Positions 34,564 to 43,029 of a DNA stretch of 64,000 nt are shown piece by piece (the stretch's first letter is position 1; each line of letters opens with the position of its first letter). Origin of the DNA: a virus. A program made the position numbers and the translations under genes. The notes under the pieces were generated by a model. The model was not told the DNA's origin. It saw nothing but the letters and a program-made list of their open reading frames with translations, and made no database searches. The DNA is taken from positions 1 through 64,000 of IMG/VR virus record IMGVR_UViG_3300018476_000013. One strand, written 5' to 3'.

Positions 34564-37020
34564 ATGGTCAATAAGCCAAAAAAGAATTTTCGTAAACCCC
34601 TGGAAGATGACAAGCCGACAGGTAAGATCGGAGATGTTAGCTCAACAGATCCCGATGTAGCAGTTGCTATAACTGCTTTCGAATGGGCGGTGAAGTACGC
34701 CACGGAAATGGGTTGGCGGATTTTCCCCGTGCCGCCGGGATCAAAGAAATCCTACAAAGCAGCCAAGAATTCAGGTGGTCGCAATTGGGGAATGACTGAT
34801 GAGCCCAATGAGATCAAGAAAGATTTCCGTAAGTGGCCCAATGCCGGGATTGGTCTGCCGACAGGCGAGGTCAACGGCATCTTCGTCCTTGAGGTGGATA
34901 CTGTTGAAGGCCATGGGGTGGATGGTCCCTTTGAGCTGAAGAAACTGGAAAGGAAGAACAGCAAGCTGCCGAAGACCCTGATGGGTGAGTCTCCCACGGG
35001 GTCAGTTCACCGGTTCTACAAGTGGCCAGGATCATATGTGGTCAGTTCGGATAGCCGCTTGGCCCGAGGGGTGGATATCAAAGGCGATGGCGGCATGGTG
35101 GTCGCGCCACCCAGCAAGACCAGCAAGGGTCTTTACCGGTGGATCAATTGGGGTCATCCCATTGCTGAGGCGCCTCAGTGGTTGCTGGATCTGGTCGCCC
35201 GTCCCCAGCGGACAAGCAATAACAACAGCACCAGCAATCCATTCCTGAATAACAACCATCAGCCGCCAGTCGAAGAGGACAAGTTGCGGCACATGCTGTC
35301 GTTGCTGCCCAATGAGGACAGCATGGCTGCTGATGAGCCTGAAGGCCTGTGGGGGTTCTGGAATAAAGTAGCCATGATCATCTGGACCGAAACGCATGGG
35401 GCTGAGGAAGGCCGGGAGTTGTTTCGGGAATGGTCAAAGAAGAACCCAAAGCATACGGACAAAGGCACCGACAAGAAATGGGAATTGCTGGACTCGTGCC
35501 CGCCTGACCATATCACCATTGGGTCGTTGTTTCACTTGGTCGAAAAAGTAGCTCCCGGTTGGCAACGGCAATGGGGCAATGACAAGACACGGGCAACCTG
35601 GGACAGCATTGAAGAACGGCGGGCAGCACAGATCCGGGGCAATGTGGAGATCGGGGAAGAGATCCTCGAGCCGACCCTGCCATTGATCATGACCTTGAAG
35701 GAAATGGAAGAGCGGCTGGTCTGGGTGGGTTCAGGACCTGGGGCAGTGGTGGATCGGATCACAGGGCGGATCAGGAAGAAGGAAACGGCCTCCACTGAAT
35801 ACGCTGCCTCGACCTACAAGATTGGGACCGGGAAAAAGGAAAAAGAAATACCGGCCCTCAAGATCTGGTTTGCTATGCCCGAGCGGACGTCCGTGGATAC
35901 GATTGCATGGGTGCCTGGGGAGGATCAGATTTGCGCGCCACCCGAGGCCCTGGAGGGCACTAAGACGGCATTCAATACCTGGCAAGGCTTGCATCCAATG
36001 CCTGTGCCAGATGATTGGGAGCGGATGGCTCAGCCGTTCCTAGATCATGTGGCTTATTTGGTCCCTGATGAGATCCAGCGGCGGCGGTTCATTCAATGGC
36101 TGGCGCACATCGTTCAGCACCCCGAGGTGTTGCCGCATACGTCTTATCTGATGGTCACACCAACCACGGGCGTGGGGCGGAATTTGTTGGCGTCCATCCT
36201 GGTGCGGGTGCTCAAAGGCCATGTGGCTGTCGGCGTGTCATTGCCTGATCTGCTGGAGGGCAAAGGGTTCAATGGTCGGCTGTCTCGGAAGCTGCTTTGT
36301 ATCGTGGATGAAGCCCGTGAAGGTCCGAACAGCCAGCGGTATCAACGGGAGAACCGCCTGCGGTCGTTGATCACGGAAGAACACCGGTTGATCAATCCCA
36401 AGTATGGCCTGCAATCGATTGAGAAGAATTGCTGTCGGTGGCTGATGTTCTCGAATTACCTGGACGCGTTGCCATTCAACAATGAGGACCGACGCATTGA
36501 GGTCATCGCGAACCCGAAGGAACGGAAGCCCAATGAATACTATGAGCAGCTGTATGGCATGCTCGAAGATCGGGCGTTCATTGCATCGGTTCGGCAATTG
36601 CTGATGACATGGAATATCTCGGGCTTCAAACCTGGCGAACATGCCACGATGAGTGGGGCCAAGAAAGAAGCATTGTCATTGCTGAAATCTGATGTCGAGC
36701 ATCGGGTGGATGAGTTCAAAGAGGATTGCGAGACCCCGCTGACTTCCCGTTGGGCTATTGAAGAGGCTGTTCGTGAACTGCACCCCAACAGCACGCATTT
36801 GACGCACGCCATCAGCAATGCGGGGATGATCAACACAGGTCGCCGAGTTAGAGATTCGGAAGGCCACCGCTACCGGGTGGTCATTGTCGATAAGGATGCT
36901 TGGTCAGTTGATATGGTGATGAGGGTGGATCATCAGGTTCTGCTCCGTGCCATGGGGATTGAACAGCAGCCACAAGCGACAGGTGGAATTGCTAATGTGC
37001 CCCGTGGAGGTCGTCGATAA
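34564..37020 (+). CDS. Bifunctional primase-polymerase + PriCT-2 + DUF5906-type helicase
   Basis: GWRIFPV, GIGLPTG..IFVLEVD, SPTGSVHRFY, DIKGDGGMVVAPPS; EWSKK; GVGRN, IVDEA, MFSN, DRRI. Confidence 0.88.
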   Translation: MVNKPKKNFRKPLEDDKPTGKIGDVSSTDPDVAVAITAFEWAVKYATEMGWRIFPVPPGSKKSYKAAKNSGGRNWGMTDEPNEIKKDFRKWPNAGIGLPTGEVNGIFVLEVDTVEGHGVDGPFELKKLERKNSKLPKTLMGESPTGSVHRFYKWPGSYVVSSDSRLARGVDIKGDGGMVVAPPSKTSKGLYRWINWGHPIAEAPQWLLDLVARPQRTSNNNSTSNPFLNNNHQPPVEEDKLRHMLSLLPNEDSMAADEPEGLWGFWNKVAMIIWTETHGAEEGRELFREWSKKNPKHTDKGTDKKWELLDSCPPDHITIGSLFHLVEKVAPGWQRQWGNDKTRATWDSIEERRAAQIRGNVEIGEEILEPTLPLIMTLKEMEERLVWVGSGPGAVVDRITGRIRKKETASTEYAASTYKIGTGKKEKEIPALKIWFAMPERTSVDTIAWVPGEDQICAPPEALEGTKTAFNTWQGLHPMPVPDDWERMAQPFLDHVAYLVPDEIQRRRFIQWLAHIVQHPEVLPHTSYLMVTPTTGVGRNLLASILVRVLKGHVAVGVSLPDLLEGKGFNGRLSRKLLCIVDEAREGPNSQRYQRENRLRSLITEEHRLINPKYGLQSIEKNCCRWLMFSNYLDALPFNNEDRRIEVIANPKERKPNEYYEQLYGMLEDRAFIASVRQLLMTWNISGFKPGEHATMSGAKKEALSLLKSDVEHRVDEFKEDCETPLTSRWAIEEAVRELHPNSTHLTHAISNAGMINTGRRVRDSEGHRYRVVIVDKDAWSVDMVMRVDHQVLLRAMGIEQQPQATGGIANVPRGGRR

Positions 37021-37047
37021 TGGTGCAGAACGGAAACAAACGGTGAA

Positions 37048-37169
37048 CCAGACCCACCAGACCCACCAGACCTCCCATCCTGGAACGCCCCATAAAATAA
37101 CAATATAAACAGAAAAAAATTTTCCCAGCAAAGCGTAGGTGGGAGGTCTGGTGGGTCTGGTGGGTCTGG
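37048..37169. repeat. Perfect 30-bp inverted repeat built of 9-mer iterons flanking a 62-bp AT-rich spacer; putative replication origin
   Basis: CCAGACCCA CCAGACCCA CCAGACCTCCCA (37048-37077) and its exact reverse complement (37140-37169). Confidence 0.8.
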
Positions 37170-37201
37170 CGTTTCTGCTCCTGGTCTGCCCCAACCTGCG
37201 G

Positions 37202-37327
37202 TTATCGAGGCCCCAGGCTCAGTTACGGAGGCCCGCTGAACGCGCTACCGGATTGGGGTGGGTGTTGGTGCCCCATGGTGGATGACCACTGCAGGGGCCT
37301 CCGCTGCTGATTTAAGGGCCTCGATAA
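37202..37327. repeat. Imperfect 33-bp inverted repeat element; left part repeated at 39309-39367
   Basis: TTATCGAGGCCC..CGGAGGCCC / GGGCCTCCG..GGGCCTCGATAA. Confidence 0.65.
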
Positions 37328-37374
37328 AAATGACAGTTCCCTTCATTTTTTTGTCTTGAATGATATTTTACCTA

Positions 37375-37419
37375 TTGACCCCCTGAAGGGAAGGGCTTAC
37401 TGGTAAGTCCATCGAAACA
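37375..37419 (+). promoter_or_regulatory. Early promoter, repeat family
   Basis: TTGACC-17-TACTGG; CTTAC-TG-GTAAG; 26/27 identical to 11983-12009. Confidence 0.7.
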
Positions 37420-37450
37420 GAGCAATTCTGCTCCACCGATGAGGCACCAA

Positions 37451-37816
37451 ATGACCTTCGTGATTTACCACATTTCTTCCACCATGCAGATGGGTCCGAC
37501 CGAGCACGGCAAGCCCCATTCCCTCTATGCCAAGTATTACAAGACCCGTGGTGCAGCCCTTCGCACCATGACCAAGTGGAATGAGGCAGCCATTGAGCGG
37601 GATGCCCAGCAGATTGCAGATGGTGCCACCAGTGGATGGGATCGGACCAACGGCATCGGACCTGGCCCCTATGGTGTGGCATCGGCAGAACATTACCATG
37701 CTCGTGTGGTTCGTCAGGTGACCCAGGTGAATTTGCTCTCGGGCAAGGAATACCAGGAAGCCAGCAACACCCCTGGTTATTGCAGCCCAAGTTCAGAAGC
37801 TTATTGGTCAATGTAA
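37451..37816 (+). CDS. Hypothetical early protein (C-terminal CSPSSEAYWSM)
   Basis: GAGG RBS; C-terminal motif of a recurrent small phage family. Confidence 0.7.
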   Translation: MTFVIYHISSTMQMGPTEHGKPHSLYAKYYKTRGAALRTMTKWNEAAIERDAQQIADGATSGWDRTNGIGPGPYGVASAEHYHARVVRQVTQVNLLSGKEYQEASNTPGYCSPSSEAYWSM

Positions 37817-37836
37817 ATTCAAAGGAGGTGAAACCC

Positions 37837-37865
37837 AAAGGGCCCGAAAGGGCCCTTTTTTATTT
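37837..37865 (+). terminator. Rho-independent terminator
   Basis: AAAGGGCCC-GAAA-GGGCCCTTTTTT. Confidence 0.85.
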
Positions 37866-37876
37866 GAAGGGAACTT

Positions 37877-37917
37877 GAAGTGAAAGGGTTTACTTACCCG
37901 TATTAAGGGCGTATGGT
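37877..37917 (+). promoter_or_regulatory. Early promoter, repeat family
   Basis: GAAGTGAAAGGG TTTACT-17-TATGGT. Confidence 0.7.
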
Positions 37918-37963
37918 TCTTTGGTCGGACGGGATTGGCCCGCCGCAAATCAGGAATAAGATC

Positions 37964-38185
37964 ATGTCTCTCAGTTCTGTTAGCAAAGTAAAATCCCCCA
38001 GCATTTTCAAGTCGGCCGTCAAGAACCTTGGTGTTTATGTGGATACCACTTGGATGGATGATCAGGAATGTCTGTTCATCCATTTTGATGATGTGACCAA
38101 GGCTCAGGAAAAGAAGATTTCTGAGTTGGCCATCCGTTACAGCATGAAGATCGATATCTCGGACAAGGGTGCCATTTTTTCTTGA
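37964..38185 (+). CDS. Hypothetical early protein
   Basis: AGGA RBS after a leader hairpin. Confidence 0.6.
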   Translation: MSLSSVSKVKSPSIFKSAVKNLGVYVDTTWMDDQECLFIHFDDVTKAQEKKISELAIRYSMKIDISDKGAIFS

Positions 38186-38367
38186 TCCATTAGCCCAGCC
38201 GGCGGTGGCGCATGTAACACCGGCAGCCTGAGGGGAAGGTCATTGATCGGCAATGGCAGCATCCTTGGCAAGGGCAACTTGGTGGTCGGCTTTGTGGTGG
38301 GGTCTCAATCCAGAGAACCTTCCTGTGGAGTTCGGTACACGTCCTCGCATTCCCTGATCAGGTGATG

Positions 38368-38404
38368 ACCCCTGGCGCCTCACGGCTGCCGGGGGTTTTC
38401 TTTT
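38368..38404 (+). terminator. Rho-independent terminator
   Basis: ACCCCTGGC..GCCGGGGGTTTTCTTTT. Confidence 0.65.
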
Positions 38405-38433
38405 ATATGGTCACCAAAGTTTTGTGGAAAATT

Positions 38434-38488
38434 CCCTTCAAAAAATGAAGTGAAGGGGTTTACTTACCTGTAGGAATTAGAGTAAGCT
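38434..38488 (+). promoter_or_regulatory. Early promoter, repeat family
   Basis: CCCTTCA-10-TGAAGGG, TTTACT-18-TAAGCT; CTTAC-CT-GTAGG. Confidence 0.65.
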
Positions 38489-38531
38489 CTCTTTGTCGGC
38501 GGCAGGGGCCGCCCAAATCAAGGAGAAGATC

Positions 38532-38864
38532 ATGTCACGGTTTGTTTTGCGGGACTCGGGCTACACCACTTTCAAGAAGATCACCAGCGGCAAGAAATGG
38601 GTCGGTCGCGTTGGCAAGTGTGAGGATGGCAGGTTCTTCGGCAAGATCGGCAGCACATTCATTTATGCGGCCACGGAGCGTGAGGCATTCGATGATGTGG
38701 TCGCCAAGCACCTGGGCTTTGATGGGGTGGAAGACCTGAACGCCCACAACAGCCAGGTTCGGCATTCCAACAAGATCCGTCGGGCAGAGACCCGGGCGGC
38801 ATTCAATCAGATGATGGGTGGCGATTACAAGGCCCTCTTCGATATCCTGGGAAAGGTGAAGTGA
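38532..38864 (+). CDS. Hypothetical early protein
   Basis: AAGGAG RBS. Confidence 0.65.
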   Translation: MSRFVLRDSGYTTFKKITSGKKWVGRVGKCEDGRFFGKIGSTFIYAATEREAFDDVVAKHLGFDGVEDLNAHNSQVRHSNKIRRAETRAAFNQMMGGDYKALFDILGKVK

Positions 38865-38866
38865 AC

Positions 38867-39028
38867 ATGTATCGGGTCCATCATTACAATTTCGGCATGG
38901 AGTATCTCTTTGAGACCTACCATGCTGCCAAGGCCTTTGTGCATCGGGCAGGTTTTGAAGCTGCCCTTTGGCATGGGGATCACCGGCTGGCCTCGTTCAG
39001 CCCAATCAGTGGGTGGAAATTACACTGA
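38867..39028 (+). CDS. Hypothetical protein (53 aa)
   Basis: Read from the sequence; AGGTG RBS. Confidence 0.5.
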   Translation: MYRVHHYNFGMEYLFETYHAAKAFVHRAGFEAALWHGDHRLASFSPISGWKLH

Positions 39029-39074
39029 GCCCAATGTAAGCTATTGCACCTTGGTCGAATGACATGACCACGCG

Positions 39075-39104
39075 GGGACACCAGAGATGGTGTCCCTTTT
39101 TTTT
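39075..39104 (+). terminator. Rho-independent terminator
   Basis: GGGACACCA..TGGTGTCCC-T8. Confidence 0.8.
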
Positions 39105-39375
39105 GTGCAGAGTTGTCCCCATGGTTGTCCCGCGGTTGTCCCCAGGGTTACCAACACGCCAGATGGCACTTATACTAGGTGCTCAGAATAGTAAGTCATT
39201 GTTTCTTAACGCTTTATCAGTTATTCCAATAGGCGTTCTGATTCGCGAATCAATTGGAACAAGTTCGGGGCAAGTTACACAAACGGATCAACATGATTGA
39301 TCCATGTATATCGAGGCCCTCAGATCAGTTACGGAGGCCCTCTGGTCGCGCTGGATGGCTGGGGTGGTGGTTCAT

Positions 39376-39801
39376 ATGCCTGGATTGTTTGATGGCCTTA
39401 AGCGCAATGCTGCGCGGGATGGTGGCCTGCCTAAGTTGTTCCGTCAGAACCTGACGACAGCCCAGTGGACCCCAGTAGAAACAGGAGCCACATCCCAAGG
39501 GGTTCCTGATCATGAATATTGTTTCCCTGATGGAGATCAGGGGTGGGTGGAGTTCAAGGCCACTGCCGCCTGGGCTGTGACCATCCGGCCCGAGCAAGTG
39601 GGGTGGTTGCTTCGTCGGCATCGGATGGGTGGTCGGTGTTTCGTAGCCATTCGTCGGCAACTCAGCGAACTATGGATAGTGAATGGGGCCGACGCGGGGG
39701 TGCTGAAATCAGGTGGATTGAAAGAAGTAGATCCATTGTTGATCAGTTACGAGCCATGGGATTGGCGCCAGGTTGAAAGAATTTTGAGGCAACGAAGATG
39801 A
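39376..39801 (+). CDS. PD-(D/E)xK nuclease (VRR-NUC / resolvase-like)
   Basis: ETG..QGVPDHEY....WVEFK....RPEQVGW. Confidence 0.75.
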   Translation: MPGLFDGLKRNAARDGGLPKLFRQNLTTAQWTPVETGATSQGVPDHEYCFPDGDQGWVEFKATAAWAVTIRPEQVGWLLRRHRMGGRCFVAIRRQLSELWIVNGADAGVLKSGGLKEVDPLLISYEPWDWRQVERILRQRR

Positions 39802-39875
39802 CGCTCACTACTTTAGCGTTGGGCATAAAAGCCCCTGTCTCTCCAGGCAATTGACTGATCAATCTTCACCAGTTT

Positions 39876-40418
39876 ATGCCCTGCGTGATCCGTAATAAAA
39901 CAACGGGGAGATTTCCTTTGGCCAAGGATGATTGGATTGCTGCCGTCACAGAACCCGCAGCAGAATACGCTGCTAAGATTGAACTGGAACGTTTAGGCCT
40001 AAGTCCATATCTCGCTCAATTCAGAAAAGTGTGGTCACCGCCAGGTGCCAGCAAGCCGATGGTGCGATTGCATCCACTGTTTCCTCGTTATTTGTTCTTG
40101 CCATTGGCTGAAGCCCGACATCGGGAGATGCACTACGCAAAAGGATTGCGTCGGCCTCGGGCCATCCTTGCAGATGCTGAAGGCAAGCCATGGGTGGCCA
40201 CTGGTCCCGAGATCAGTACGATCATTCAATTGGAGAAACAAGGTAGCTTTGACGAGATCATAGCCATTGGGGATCGGGTGAGATTGAAGAAAACAGGGGT
40301 GTTGTCGGGCATTGAGATCCTCTTATCGAAGTCCACTGAGCGGACTGCAGAGCTTTTCTTGCCCCTCTTTGGTGGGTGCCGTGGGACATCCACCATGGAA
40401 AATCTACAGCGTGCTTAG
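39876..40418 (+). CDS. NusG/RfaH-like transcription antiterminator
   Basis: NGN-like W..AVTEP..E...LERLG...Y; PLFPRYLF; KOW-like GDRVRLKKTG.LSG. Confidence 0.75.
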   Translation: MPCVIRNKTTGRFPLAKDDWIAAVTEPAAEYAAKIELERLGLSPYLAQFRKVWSPPGASKPMVRLHPLFPRYLFLPLAEARHREMHYAKGLRRPRAILADAEGKPWVATGPEISTIIQLEKQGSFDEIIAIGDRVRLKKTGVLSGIEILLSKSTERTAELFLPLFGGCRGTSTMENLQRA

Positions 40419-40831
40419 GTTAATCGAGCGGACAATTTTGGCCTCAAATGTCCTGCCACTTCCTAGGAATTGAGACGCCCCTCTGAGCCTCCATTTAGAT
40501 GAACCTATTGAAATATCAGGATAAAATTGGGTTCGTTTTGCTAAGATCCAACTAAATCCGATTTGAAATCAACTTAGTGCGGGCTCGGTTCCCTGAGTAA
40601 TCTACGGTTTTCAATCAGCAATCTGCCAGTTATGCTCCGCAGTTAACGCGGTTCCAGATCATCTTTCAGGTCCACCGGAGGTGGGGTGAAGGTCGGAATG
40701 GTGGGCACGATGGATGGGCAAGCCCAGGCCATTGTTAGAGGTAATGGGGCGAATAATCCGTCGATATTGGGGTCGGGTGGTGGTCGTAGCGTTTCAAAAA
40801 TTGATCTTGCAAAAATAGCAAAGAGTCTGCG

Positions 40832-41314
40832 ATGGCCCGTTCTGTAAATTTCGTCGACAAGAACCATCGTGTCGTCACACCAGAGAAAAAAGCTCGGGCA
40901 CCACATCTTTTCAAAAAAGGTCATCCGAAACCCGCAGGCAGTGGCCGCAAGGTTGGTCAACGCAATCATCACACGACGCTTCTGAAAGAATGCATCTTGA
41001 TGGCTGCTGAAATCGAGGGCATGAACGGCAAAGGCAAAGATGGCCTGACCGGTTTCCTCCGCAAGATTGCACAAGATGATTTGCGCGCATTCGCGATGTT
41101 GCTTGGCCGGGTGCTGCCATTGCAAATCGATCATCGCACTGATGTGCGGGTGGAGGTGACATACAAGACCGTTGAAGAGGTGCGTCGCGAATTGGAAGAA
41201 CGCGGCATCTCATTCGAAGCTGTCGATCGATTATCCAAACGTCCTACCTTGTATGATGTCGACGCTATCGATGTAAAAGCCAATGAGGTAGGCGATGAAC
41301 CTCAGGACCGATGA
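40832..41314 (+). CDS. terS: Terminase small subunit
   Basis: FKKG..KPAGSGRKVG.RN; LLGRVLP; directly upstream of terL. Confidence 0.7.
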   Translation: MARSVNFVDKNHRVVTPEKKARAPHLFKKGHPKPAGSGRKVGQRNHHTTLLKECILMAAEIEGMNGKGKDGLTGFLRKIAQDDLRAFAMLLGRVLPLQIDHRTDVRVEVTYKTVEEVRRELEERGISFEAVDRLSKRPTLYDVDAIDVKANEVGDEPQDR

Positions 41315-42785
41315 TGCCCTGCAACGCCTGATGTCCATCAAGAGAGAATGGACGTCGGAAGAATTAAGATTGCTGGAAGATGTAGAAGCCCAGTTGGCTC
41401 GCGAAGATTTCTACAAATTCCGAAGATACATTCGGAAAAGCATGATCGACTCATGGTGGCAGCGGGATGTCGCCAAACATCTGATGTGGTTCTGGAATGA
41501 ACTATGTCTTGGTCATCGGCCCTCATTGGTCTTGCAAGCACCACCCCAACACGGCAAGACAGAACAAGTCACCGATTTCATCGCATGGTGCGCCGGCAAA
41601 AATCCTAACCTCCGCACGATCTTTGGTTCGTACTCCGACGACCTGGGTGTGCGTGTCAACATGACCCTGCAACGGATCATGGAGGGTCATCGATATCGGA
41701 ATGTATTCTCAAAGACTCGATTGAATGACAGCAGCAACACGACAGTTGCTTCTAGGTGGATGCGGAATTCGTCGCTGTTAGAATACGTCGAATGCGATGG
41801 ATCATTCCGAAATACGACCGTGATGGGTCAGATCAACGGCCAAGGTCTCGACATCGGTGTTATCGATGACCCGATCAAGGGTCGTTCAGAGGCACAATCG
41901 AAAACGATCAGAGATAAAACCTGGTCATGGTTCACAGATGACTTCTTCGGTCGGTTCAGTGATCATGCAGGCTTCTTGATGATCATGACGCGATGGCACC
42001 TCGACGATCCGGCAGGTCGATGGTTGGAATTGTTTCCTGATACGAAGGTCCTGAAATATCCGGCCGTTGCCATGGAAGATACTGAGAACCGCCGTCAAGG
42101 TGAAGCTCTGTTTCCTGAATTGAAGCCCATCGAATTCTTAGAACAGCGCAGACAAGCACTGACCCTTGCATCGTGGGAAAGCCTTTATCAGCAGAACCCG
42201 ATCATCGTCGGTGGTGGTCTTTTCCCGATTGAACGGTTCAACATCATTCCGACGATCGATAGATCGAAGATAAAAAAATCAATCCGGTATGTCGACAAGG
42301 CAGGTACTGCAGATGGTGGTGCCTACACTGCTGCTTCTCTCGTGCATCACATGGCCGACGGCACCACAGTTGTTGAGGACATGTTGCGTGGCCAATGGTC
42401 TGCACTTGAACGAGAACAGCGTGTGCTGCAAGCAGCTCAGCAAGACAAAGCCACATGTCCTCGATACCAGCTATGGTTCGAGCAAGAGCCTGGATCAGGT
42501 GGTAAAGAATCTGCAGAAAATAGCGTGCGACGGTTCAAGGGCTTCGATGTTCACATGGACAAGGTGACCGGCAGCAAAGAGGTACGCGCAGAACCATACG
42601 CTGCCCAGGTGCAGGCGGGCCAGGTGTTCTTGAAGGCTGCGAATTGGAATAGGGACTTCCTTGAAGAGCACGAGCAAGCGCCATTCGGCAAGTACATGGA
42701 TCAGGTGGACTCGACCGCAGGTGCGTTCAACAAATTGGCCGAACAATTATCTGGGTACGATCGGACGCTGGCGTGGGTGGGATAA
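41295..42785 (+). CDS. terL: Terminase large subunit
   Basis: PPQHGKT, IDDPIKG, MTRWH.DD, YQQNP, EQEPGSGG, DQVD. Confidence 0.95.
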   Translation: MNLRTDDALQRLMSIKREWTSEELRLLEDVEAQLAREDFYKFRRYIRKSMIDSWWQRDVAKHLMWFWNELCLGHRPSLVLQAPPQHGKTEQVTDFIAWCAGKNPNLRTIFGSYSDDLGVRVNMTLQRIMEGHRYRNVFSKTRLNDSSNTTVASRWMRNSSLLEYVECDGSFRNTTVMGQINGQGLDIGVIDDPIKGRSEAQSKTIRDKTWSWFTDDFFGRFSDHAGFLMIMTRWHLDDPAGRWLELFPDTKVLKYPAVAMEDTENRRQGEALFPELKPIEFLEQRRQALTLASWESLYQQNPIIVGGGLFPIERFNIIPTIDRSKIKKSIRYVDKAGTADGGAYTAASLVHHMADGTTVVEDMLRGQWSALEREQRVLQAAQQDKATCPRYQLWFEQEPGSGGKESAENSVRRFKGFDVHMDKVTGSKEVRAEPYAAQVQAGQVFLKAANWNRDFLEEHEQAPFGKYMDQVDSTAGAFNKLAEQLSGYDRTLAWVG

Positions 42786-42791
42786 TTCAAC

Positions 42792-43004
42792 ATGGGTTGG
42801 ATGACCGAATTACTAAAACGGGAGGATGACATGGACGAATTATTCGACGCGATTATTCAGGCAGCAGAGAAGACCGCAGCACAGGCAAGCGGTAATGACC
42901 AGGATGACTGGAATAACTTTGCGAAAGCTCTTCGTGTAGAGCGGGAGCAACTGGAGCAAGACATCGAAGATCGGCCGAAGCCCACTCCGCATGATGACGA
43001 ATGA
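42792..43004 (+). CDS. Hypothetical protein
   Basis: ORF; GGAGG RBS before an internal ATG. Confidence 0.5.
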   Translation: MGWMTELLKREDDMDELFDAIIQAAEKTAAQASGNDQDDWNNFAKALRVEREQLEQDIEDRPKPTPHDDE

Positions 43005-43029
43005 ATAATAAAAAACAAGGAATAACAAG

